64,000 nt of DNA from an uncultured Clostridia bacterium (GTDB lineage: Bacteria; Bacillota; Clostridia; Oscillospirales; Ruminococcaceae). Positions 38,777 to 46,581 of the stretch are shown here, one piece after another. Made by a program: the position numbers and the translations under genes. Each line of letters starts with the position of its first letter. Within the stretch, counting starts at the first letter, position 1. The notes under the pieces are model-generated. The model searched no databases, had not been told where the DNA came from, and saw only the letters and a program-made list of their open reading frames with translations. The stretch is from assembly GCA_947631995.1 (NCBI GenBank), contig CANRNT010000009.1, positions 956 to 64,955 of the forward strand. Reading direction: 5' to 3'.

Positions 38777-40531
38777 TCAATCCACTTTTACTGCGCCGAA
38801 GCGGCAGACTGTTGCACATTGACCGCACTTGATACAAACTTCGGGGTCGATAGCGTGCGGCGCTTTGACCTCTCCGCTGATAGCCTTTGCGGGGCATTTT
38901 TTCGCGCAGAGAGTACAGCCGCGGCATTTGTCCGAATCTATGCTGTAGCTGATAAGCTCGCGGCATTCGTGCGCAGGGCACTTTTTATCGTTTATATGCG
39001 CTTCATACTCGTTTCTGAAATACTTTATAGTAGTAAGCACGGGGTTTGGCGCAGTCTGACCGAGACCGCAAAGAGCGCCCTCCTTGACGGCGGAGCAAAG
39101 CTCTTCGAGAAGCTCGATATCGCCCTCTTTGCCGCCTCCTTCTACTATTCTTGTAAGAATCTCCTGCATACGCTTTGTGCCTATACGACAATGAACGCAC
39201 TTACCGCAGGATTCTTTCGCGGTAAAGTCAAGGAAGAATTTCGCCATACCGACCATACAGGTGGTCTCGTCCATAACGACCATTCCGCCGCTGCCCATTA
39301 TCGCGCCCGTTGCGGAAAGCTCTTTATAGTCTATAACTGTATCGAGAAGCTGCTCGGGTATACAGCCTCCCGAAGGGCCTCCCATTTGCACGGCTTTGAA
39401 TTGTTTATCCTCTTTGATACCGCCGCCGATACCGAAAATGACGTCGCGCAGGGTCTTGCCCATAGGTATCTCTACCAAGCCGCCGCGCTTTATCTTACCG
39501 GTAAGAGCGAAAACTTTTGTACCCTTGGAATTTTCCGTACCCATAGCTGCAAAGGCAGCGCCGCCGTTGTTGATTATCCACGCGATGTTTGCAAAGGTCT
39601 CAACGTTGTTGATGTTGGAAGGCTTCTGCCAATAGCCTTTCTGCGCAGGGAACGGAGGTTTGAGCCTCGGCATACCTCTTTCGCCCTCAAGTGAAGCGAT
39701 AAGAGCTGTTTCCTCGCCGCACACAAACGCGCCTGCGCCTGCTTTTATAGTAAACTCACACGAAAAATTCGTACCGAAAATATTCTTGCCGATATAGCCT
39801 GCCTGCTTAGCCTGTGCAATTGCCTTTTTAAGGCGCACTATTGCCAGCGGATACTCGGCTCTTACATATACCACGGCTTCCGAAGCGCCTATGGCATACG
39901 CGGCGATAAGCATACCCTCTATAAGAGTATGGGGGTCGCTCTCGATAACGGCTCTGTCCATAAATGCGCCTGGGTCGCCCTCGTCGGCATTACAGATAAG
40001 GTACTTGGTCTCCCCTGCCGACTGGTTTGCGGCATTCCACTTGAACCATGTCGGGAAGCCTGCGCCGCCGCGTCCTGCGAGGCCCGAAGTTTTTATCTCA
40101 TCTATCACCTGCTGCTGAGTCATGGTGGTGACGACCTTTTCAAGAGCCTTATAGCCGCCTGCGTTTATGTAAGCCTCGATACTTTCGGGGTCGATAACGC
40201 CGCAGTTGCGAAGAGCAATTCTCGTTTGCTGGTCGAGAAAATCTTTATCATCGGCGGTTATCTCGTACTTAGAAAGAGCTGCAAAGTCGCCCGAAGAAAC
40301 AGCCGCGGCAATTTCTTCTGCGCTGTTTTCGTTGACCTTTACAAGTCTGTGGAGCTTGCCGTTTTCGTAAACGTCAACGATAGGCTCGAGCCAGCACATA
40401 CCTATACAGCCGACAATTCCGACATTTATGCCGCTGCCTGCAAGCTTTTCATCGAGGACTTTCTTTACCTTTCCTGCGCCTGCCGCTATACCGCAGCTGC
40501 CCTGTCCTACATTTATAATAGTATCGCTCAT
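38777..40531 (-). CDS. NuoF-like NADH-binding FMN/FeS subunit (HydB/StnB-like)
   Basis: N-terminal thioredoxin-like 2Fe-2S module. GLAGRGGAGFPT FMN/NADH motifs. ESCGKCVHCR 4Fe-4S site. C-terminal 2x[4Fe-4S] ferredoxin CRGCTLCAKKCP / CIKCGQCATVC. Confidence 0.9.
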   Translation of the reverse strand: MSDTIINVGQGSCGIAAGAGKVKKVLDEKLAGSGINVGIVGCIGMCWLEPIVDVYENGKLHRLVKVNENSAEEIAAAVSSGDFAALSKYEITADDKDFLDQQTRIALRNCGVIDPESIEAYINAGGYKALEKVVTTMTQQQVIDEIKTSGLAGRGGAGFPTWFKWNAANQSAGETKYLICNADEGDPGAFMDRAVIESDPHTLIEGMLIAAYAIGASEAVVYVRAEYPLAIVRLKKAIAQAKQAGYIGKNIFGTNFSCEFTIKAGAGAFVCGEETALIASLEGERGMPRLKPPFPAQKGYWQKPSNINNVETFANIAWIINNGGAAFAAMGTENSKGTKVFALTGKIKRGGLVEIPMGKTLRDVIFGIGGGIKEDKQFKAVQMGGPSGGCIPEQLLDTVIDYKELSATGAIMGSGGMVVMDETTCMVGMAKFFLDFTAKESCGKCVHCRIGTKRMQEILTRIVEGGGKEGDIELLEELCSAVKEGALCGLGQTAPNPVLTTIKYFRNEYEAHINDKKCPAHECRELISYSIDSDKCRGCTLCAKKCPAKAISGEVKAPHAIDPEVCIKCGQCATVCRFGAVKVD

Positions 40532-41010
40532 ACTGCCGCCTCCTTTGCCTGTATCTCGCTGATTATGCTCTTTACCTTTTCGGGCGTGAGCGAACCGTAT
40601 GTATCATCGTTTATAAGCATTACGGGTGACAGCGAACAGCAGCCGAGGCACGCAACGAATGTAAGCGAGAACAAACCGTCCTCGGTGGTCTCGCCGTCGG
40701 TTATGCCGAGCGTTTCGTAGATAGTTTTTGCTATCATATCGCTGCCGTTTACGTGGCAAGCCGTACCCTTACAAAGAAGTATCAGGTACTTGCCAACAGG
40801 CTTGAAACGGAACTGCGTATAAAACGTTGCAACTCCCAGAACGTGCGCGGGGCTTGAACCTGTTGCCTGCGCTACGTGATAAATTACCTCCTGCGGAAGA
40901 TAGCCGTATATCTCCTGCGCAGACTGCAAGATAGTGATAAGGCTGCCTTTAACGCCTGCATACTCGTCAAGAACGGGCTGAAGCAGCGAAAGGTCTGCGG
41001 TATTGCTCAT
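40528..41010 (-). CDS. NuoE-like 2Fe-2S subunit (HydC/StnA-like)
   Basis: Thioredoxin-like ferredoxin with C...C(35)C..C pattern (LLCKGTACHVNG...ACLGCCSLSP). Start trimmed to ATG 41010. Overlaps the NuoF-like start by 4 nt. Confidence 0.85.
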   Translation of the reverse strand: MSNTADLSLLQPVLDEYAGVKGSLITILQSAQEIYGYLPQEVIYHVAQATGSSPAHVLGVATFYTQFRFKPVGKYLILLCKGTACHVNGSDMIAKTIYETLGITDGETTEDGLFSLTFVACLGCCSLSPVMLINDDTYGSLTPEKVKSIISEIQAKEAAV

Positions 41011-41226
41011 AAAGATCTCTCCATTCAAAATCAACATTTTATTACATATTCTGCAATACATATATTATAATTGTATCACATCTATCTATAGATGTCAAGG
41101 AGTTAACTATCATTACATATATATACAATATGTAGACGTTTAAGAATTATTTTACATATTACAGGCGCTTGCCGATAAAGACAAACGCCCAAAAAACTTT
41201 ATTTTTTTATGTAATTATTCCGTACA

Positions 41227-41466
41227 TTACTTCTCCGGCTTACTATAAGGCAAAGTTCTGTTTCTCTCGAATTGGAGGTACATTTTCCAAGCCTTTTGGA
41301 AAGAAGCGAAGATGTCGTCTCCGACATTCATGTTGTGCAGATGAGCTTCTATGTACACTTTGGATCTTGTTTCGGGAAAATGCTCATCATCATGCACGAA
41401 GCTTGCAAGCTCGGCATACGGACTGTCCTTACCGTATCTTTTCAACACCCATTCTTTGAACGACAT
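41227..41466 (-). CDS. YozE-like (SAM-like fold, UPF0346) small protein
   Basis: 79 aa, with the pattern SFKEWVLKRYGKDSPYAELASFVHDDEHFP typical of the YozE family. Confidence 0.7.
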   Translation of the reverse strand: MSFKEWVLKRYGKDSPYAELASFVHDDEHFPETRSKVYIEAHLHNMNVGDDIFASFQKAWKMYLQFERNRTLPYSKPEK

Positions 41467-41572
41467 TTTCTATACCTCCCACAATATTATTATCCTGACT
41501 ATCGTATAATTTAATTGTACAACATAATTGTTAAATTTTCAATAACAAAATAAAAATATAAAGAAATTTACA

Positions 41573-41627
41573 TATCCCTGTAAGAAAATGGCGGCTCGCC
41601 GCTAATGCTTACAGGGATAATTTTTTT
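41573..41627 (+). terminator. Strong intrinsic terminator-like hairpin in the leader of the glycan locus
   Basis: Perfect 12-bp stem, TATCCCTGTAAG (41573-41584) with CTTACAGGGATA (41608-41619). 23-nt loop containing a GCGG/CCGC mini-stem. Followed by A + 7 T (41620-41627). Confidence 0.65.
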
Positions 41628-41818
41628 ATATATTATTTTATCGTATATAATGCCAAATTTACGCTTTTTCTCCCCTACCCTATTTGATTTATATCAATTT
41701 ATCGTGCTTTTTATGCTCATGTTCTTAGAAGTAAGATTATCCGAAGCAGAGAGAAAAAAATCGCAGAAAAAAGAGTACGCAAAAGTAAGGAAACAAAGAA
41801 AAGTGAGTGATTGTACAT

Positions 41819-42571
41819 ATGAGCGAAGATGTTGTAGGAAATGTAGCATTGGCAGATGCCCCCGAAGTCATCGAAACTACTACCAATGCTCCTGTCAAGC
41901 TCGAATATAAAAAGAAGCCAGTTTACGATTTTGTAAAGCGCACTTTTGATATTGTGTTTTCTGTACTGGCCAGTATTGTTCTTTTAATCCCGATATTGAT
42001 CATTGCTATTATTATAATGCTTAAAGATCCTGGTAATCCGTTTTACTTACATACCCGTGTCGGCAAAGACCGCAAGCCTATAAAAATACTTAAGCTGAGA
42101 TCAATGCGCAAGGGCGCAGACAAGCTGGAAAACATGCTTACGCCAAAGCAGCTTGAGGAGTATAGCAGAGAATACAAGATACAGGACGATCCGAGGCTTA
42201 TCGGGTGGAAGAAAACAGGCGATGGCAGCAAATGTTTTGGCGCAAGGGTGCGGCAGTTTAGCCTTGACGAGATAATGCAGATACCATATAACATTTTAAT
42301 AAAAAATGATCTGTCGCTTGTTGGTCCGAGACCAATAATGGAAGATGAGTTAATGGCAAACTATACACCTGAGGAGCAAAAAATATTGCTTTCTGTCAAG
42401 CCAGGGCTAACAGGCTACTGGCAGGCATATGCGAGAAACAACGCAAAGTATGAAACTGGCGAACGGCAGAAAATGGAGCTTTATTACATAGAAAGGCGCT
42501 CTTTCTTAATGGATATAAAGATTATTTTAGCTACCGTATCAGCAGTAGTAAGGAAAAATGGAGCAAAGTAA
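41819..42571 (+). CDS. Small monotopic phosphoglycosyl transferase (bacterial sugar transferase, PglC/EpsL-like priming enzyme)
   Basis: Re-entrant helix FDIVFSVLASIVLLIPILIIAI, KLRSM, DPR..., SLDEI...LSLVGPRP and KPGLTGYWQ motifs. Start is ATG 41819, or alternatively GTG 41807. Confidence 0.9.
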   Translation: MSEDVVGNVALADAPEVIETTTNAPVKLEYKKKPVYDFVKRTFDIVFSVLASIVLLIPILIIAIIIMLKDPGNPFYLHTRVGKDRKPIKILKLRSMRKGADKLENMLTPKQLEEYSREYKIQDDPRLIGWKKTGDGSKCFGARVRQFSLDEIMQIPYNILIKNDLSLVGPRPIMEDELMANYTPEEQKILLSVKPGLTGYWQAYARNNAKYETGERQKMELYYIERRSFLMDIKIILATVSAVVRKNGAK

Positions 42572-42573
42572 TT

Positions 42574-43126
42574 ATGGATAGAAATACTTTAATAAAAATC
42601 AGATGTTATTTGATTTTAAATCCGATTAAAAGAACAAAGTACCTTATTAAAAAAGGAGTATTTAATTCTGTTGGAAAAAACTTTTATTTTTGTCCGAGAA
42701 AAATACCGCAGGATCCGATGCTAATCAGATTTGGCGATAATGTCAAAGTAGCAACAGATGTGTTTTTTGTCACACATGACATTATTCATGATATGGTAAA
42801 TGATATTGAGCCGCCTTTTTCAGACAATAAGCTGGGTAAAGAATTCGGATGTATCGAAGTTAAGAATAATGTTTTTATCGGAGCAGGCTCTATAATTCTG
42901 CCTAATGTTACAATTGGTCCTGATGTAATAGTTGCTGCTGGCAGCGTAGTGACAAAATCTTTCGCGGGGGGTAATAATTGGCGGCAACCCTGCACGTGTA
43001 ATTGGCAGTGTTGAGGATTTGATAAAAAGACGTATAGCGCAAAATCTTGAAAATCCACGTTATAACAATAGGTTTTTTGAAGCAAGACGTCTTTGGACGA
43101 TATGGGATAATGAGGACATTAAATAG
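42574..43126 (+). pseudogene. Hexapeptide-repeat (LbH) acetyltransferase, reading frame broken at a G6 tract (42966-42971)
   Basis: Frame 1 (42574..43014) ends in the nonsense tail GGNNWRQPCTCNWQC*. The +1 frame from 42971 reads VIIGGNPARVIGSVEDLIKRRIAQNLENPRYNNRFFEARRLWTIWDNEDIK* (stop at 43124-43126), which is the canonical acetyltransferase C-terminus. Removing one G restores a product of about 183 aa. Confidence 0.7.
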
Positions 43127-44333
43127 TTTAAGCATATCTGAGTACTGTGGCAAAGGAGGAGAGATTACGAACAAAGGCAAGCTTAGAAGCAAAGTTGCTT
43201 ATATATTAAAACATAATAAGGTGTTATTGACTATCTATAAAACGATAATGAGTGCAGCAATAAAAACGCTAGGAATATTTGTCAAGCGTGATGACTTTCT
43301 CGCTCTGTTTGTTTCGTATAGCGGAAAAAAGTTTGATGACAGTCCACGGGTGTTGTTCGAAGCCATGAAAGCCGATCAACGATTCAAAGGTTTTCATTTT
43401 GTGTGGGCTTTTGAAGAACCTACAAAGTTTAAAATAGAAAATGCAGATACAGTAAGAATAGATTCTTTAAAATATTTTATAACAGCTTTAAAGGCCAAAA
43501 TATGGATAACAAACGTAAATATAGAACGCGGTTTGAATTTCAAAAAGAAAGGGACAATTTTTTTAAATTCTTGGCATGGGACAGGCCCCAAAAAGAACGG
43601 CAATGCCATTAAGACAAGAAATGACTACGATTTTTCAAATGTAGATATTTTTTGCTGTGATGGCGAATACACAAAGAGTCACTTTGTAAAGTGGTTTAAT
43701 GTCCGTGAATCCTCTATGCTGTGGTGCGGAAGACCGCGCGAAGATGAACTATTTGAATTTACGGATGCAGATACGATCAGAATCAGAAAAAAACTGAATA
43801 TTCCCGATGAAAAGCAGGTTCTGTTGTATATGCCTACGTGGAGAGACTATAAGAATTCAGACGCTGATTACTCTTTATGGGAAAAGAGGCTCTGCGATAA
43901 ATATGTTCTTTTGTGCAGAACTCACCACTTTGATATAAAAGTGAAAAGCGTTGAAAATTCAAACGGTTTTTTCATTGATGTTACAACATATCCCGATGTC
44001 AATGAACTGTATTGGGTGGCTGATATATTGATATCAGATTATTCCAGCGCTTTTTTTGACTTTGGCCTTTTAGGAAAACCGATGTTTTGTTTTGCAAACG
44101 ATTATGATAAATTTGCCTCTATTACAGGGCTGTTTATAGATTTAAGATCTGAGTTTCCAAACGGTATAATGGAATCTGACGAGGATTTGATTTCTGCTAT
44201 ATGCAAAATGGATTATGACAAGGAGTGTCAGAAAGTCAAACAATATGTGGCAAAATATGTGTCACACCCCGTGAACGCAACTCAAGCATGTTTAGATAGA
44301 ATGTATGAATTGCTTTGCAAGAAGCTGAGCTAA
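43110..44333 (+). CDS. CDP-glycerol/alditol-phosphate glycerophosphotransferase family protein (TagB/TagF-like)
   Basis: FVSYSGKKFDDSPRVLFEAM, WITNVN, LNSWHGTGPKK, YMPTWRD and LISDYSSAFFDF motifs of the TagF family. The start is uncertain: ATG 43110 is chosen, and the ORF is open from 43047. Confidence 0.8.
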   Translation: MRTLNSLSISEYCGKGGEITNKGKLRSKVAYILKHNKVLLTIYKTIMSAAIKTLGIFVKRDDFLALFVSYSGKKFDDSPRVLFEAMKADQRFKGFHFVWAFEEPTKFKIENADTVRIDSLKYFITALKAKIWITNVNIERGLNFKKKGTIFLNSWHGTGPKKNGNAIKTRNDYDFSNVDIFCCDGEYTKSHFVKWFNVRESSMLWCGRPREDELFEFTDADTIRIRKKLNIPDEKQVLLYMPTWRDYKNSDADYSLWEKRLCDKYVLLCRTHHFDIKVKSVENSNGFFIDVTTYPDVNELYWVADILISDYSSAFFDFGLLGKPMFCFANDYDKFASITGLFIDLRSEFPNGIMESDEDLISAICKMDYDKECQKVKQYVAKYVSHPVNATQACLDRMYELLCKKLS

Positions 44334-44382
44334 CGATAAGTTATGCCATATTGATATAAGCAAAAAAAGACGGTGAAGTCAA

Positions 44383-44832
44383 ATGAAAATTGCAATAGGA
44401 AACGACAGGCAAGGACTCCTTTTAAAAAAAGACTTATTGATTTGGCTGAGTGAAAGCGGCCATGAAGTGACAGACGTCGGAACAAACGAAGATGTTCCTT
44501 GCGATTACCCCATATTTGCTGAGAAAGTCGCGAATCTTGTTTCAAGCGGAGAATGTGAAAGGGGCATTGTTATATGCGCTACGGGCATAGGTATATCCAT
44601 TGCGGCCAATAAAGTTGACGGAATTCGCTGCGGTTTGGCATATGATGATGAAGTGACAAAACTTATGAGGCAACATAATGATGCTAACATGATTGCTTTC
44701 GGTCAAAGGTTTATGTATTTAGAAGATGTCAAGAGAAGACTGGAAATCTTTCTTGATACCGATTTTTCGGGAGGATATCATCAGGAAAGGATAAATCTTA
44801 TATCTCAAATAGAAGAAAGACAGAGGGCATGA
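44383..44832 (+). CDS. RpiB/LacA/LacB-family sugar-phosphate isomerase (divergent active-site motif)
   Basis: MKIAIGND...GIVICATGIGISIAANKV.GIR...HNDANMIAFG matches the RpiB fold. The N-terminal motif reads NDRQG where typical RpiB has SDHAG. Confidence 0.8.
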   Translation: MKIAIGNDRQGLLLKKDLLIWLSESGHEVTDVGTNEDVPCDYPIFAEKVANLVSSGECERGIVICATGIGISIAANKVDGIRCGLAYDDEVTKLMRQHNDANMIAFGQRFMYLEDVKRRLEIFLDTDFSGGYHQERINLISQIEERQRA

Positions 44833-44836
44833 AATA

Positions 44837-45550
44837 GTGAAAGTAAGTGTAGTGATACTTGCCGGAGGTACTGGCAGCAGAATGAAAATAGATATCCCCA
44901 AGCAATTTATTCAGGTCGATGATGTTCCGGTGATCGTAAACACAATCAGCAATTTCCAAAACAATACTCGAATCAACGACATTATCGTCGTTTGTTTGAA
45001 GGATTGGATCGGTTATTTACAGGAACTTGTCATGAAATATCATCTTGATAAAGTAATAAACATTGTCGAAGGTGGTGCTACGGGACATGATTCTACAAGA
45101 AATGGTATTTTTTCTCTATCGGAAACGATGAATGAAGATGATATCGTCGTGATTCATGACGCCGCTCGCCCGCTTATTCCTCAATTGATTATCAACGATA
45201 TGCTGGATACTGCAATCAAGCATGGAAATGCCTGTACTGCAATCAAGGTTCATGACACAGTCATTATTACCGAAGATCAGCAATCAGGTGATACACAAAT
45301 TGAACGCAGCAAAATCATGAGAGTACAAACGCCGCAGGCATACAGATATGGGACGATAAAGAATTTATATCAGCGTGCGGATAAGGAAAACAGACATGAT
45401 TTTATTTATGCCAACACAATGGCTATTACATACGGGGAACGAATTTATTTTTCCACGGGTTTTGACTGCAACATCAAATTGACCACCAAAGAAGATTTGG
45501 CATTTTACAAAGCAATGAAACAATTCAGTGAAGAGGAGTTAACCAAATGA
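44837..45550 (+). CDS. IspD/TarI-family cytidylyltransferase
   Basis: VVILAGGTGSRM...PKQF N-terminal signature, 237 aa. GTG start 4 nt after the preceding stop. Confidence 0.85.
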   Translation: MKVSVVILAGGTGSRMKIDIPKQFIQVDDVPVIVNTISNFQNNTRINDIIVVCLKDWIGYLQELVMKYHLDKVINIVEGGATGHDSTRNGIFSLSETMNEDDIVVIHDAARPLIPQLIINDMLDTAIKHGNACTAIKVHDTVIITEDQQSGDTQIERSKIMRVQTPQAYRYGTIKNLYQRADKENRHDFIYANTMAITYGERIYFSTGFDCNIKLTTKEDLAFYKAMKQFSEEELTK

Positions 45551-46578
45551 TTCTTTCGCCCATCGAAATTAATGAGTTTAAAATATATACAGAGCGATAT
45601 TCGTTCATACCATTTATAAAGGACAAGACTTTTCTTATCACAGGAAGTAATGGAATGATCAGTTCAGGAATAATTAAGTGGATGCTTTATGAAAATAAAA
45701 TTCATGGTGCTAATTGCCGCATTTTTGCGTCTACAAGACATCCTGAGAACATGCCCGATTATCTTGAAACGGACGATAATGTTGTCATGTGTCAGTTTGG
45801 GGCGGAAAGTCAGACTATCGGAAAAGAAAAGATCGATTACATTATTCATGCTGCTGCACCGACGGGCAGAAAATATTTTATATCAAAACCTGTTGAAACT
45901 ATTCGGGTTATAGTAGACGAAACCGAGAGGATGCTTGATTTAGCCAAAGAGAAAAATGCGCAAATGGTTTATCTGTCGTCAGTTGAAGCCTACGGTATCC
46001 CAAACGCCGACATCCCGATCAAGGAGACCTATGTTGGTGCCGTGGACAGCTTAGATATAAGAAATGGGTATCCGATGGGAAAGAAGGCGGCCGAGTTTTT
46101 ATGCTATGCGATGAGTAAAGAGTACGGAGTGAATGTTTACATTGTCAGGCTATCGTCTGTACAGGGGCTGCTCCAGCCCTACAATGAACAGAGAATCTTT
46201 AACGAAATTCTACGATGTGTAATCGAGGGCAAGGACTTGATCATGAAGTCCGATGGGCTCAGCAAAAAGTCAATTGTCTATTCTCTTGATGCAATTAGTG
46301 GCATTTTTACTGTATTGTTCAAAGGTGTATCCGGCGAGGCGTACAATATCACGGACCCATCCACTTATATGACGATGCGTGATTTGACATCCTATGTATT
46401 TGAAAAGTTTAACCCAAATTTGCATATTATTTTCGATATAGAAGATACATCAAAAACCGGATATTTGCCACATCTGGAATTTACTCAGGACATAACGAAG
46501 CTTCAAAAGCTGGGCTGGAAGCCGATTTCCGATTTGGAACACATATACAAAACAGATTTATCGAGATTCGGAGGATAA
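45547..46578 (+). CDS. NAD(P)-dependent epimerase/dehydratase-family SDR (putative reductase)
   Basis: Rossmann motif ITGSNGMISSG, catalytic YPMGKKAAE (YxxxK). ATGA overlap with the upstream gene. Confidence 0.8.
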   Translation: MILSPIEINEFKIYTERYSFIPFIKDKTFLITGSNGMISSGIIKWMLYENKIHGANCRIFASTRHPENMPDYLETDDNVVMCQFGAESQTIGKEKIDYIIHAAAPTGRKYFISKPVETIRVIVDETERMLDLAKEKNAQMVYLSSVEAYGIPNADIPIKETYVGAVDSLDIRNGYPMGKKAAEFLCYAMSKEYGVNVYIVRLSSVQGLLQPYNEQRIFNEILRCVIEGKDLIMKSDGLSKKSIVYSLDAISGIFTVLFKGVSGEAYNITDPSTYMTMRDLTSYVFEKFNPNLHIIFDIEDTSKTGYLPHLEFTQDITKLQKLGWKPISDLEHIYKTDLSRFGG

Positions 46579-46581
46579 GAA

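Noticed and set aside
41114-41134. AT-only inverted repeat TACATAT-N7-ATATGTA upstream of the Stn-like operon.
   Set aside because: It is a 7-bp arm made entirely of A/T in an AT-rich intergenic region, which is expected by chance.
41605-41910. 101-aa ORF spanning the glycan-locus leader and overlapping the priming transferase start.
   Set aside because: It starts inside the terminator hairpin loop and has no RBS. Its composition is an artefact of AT-rich and then out-of-frame sequence, and it overlaps a well-supported gene.
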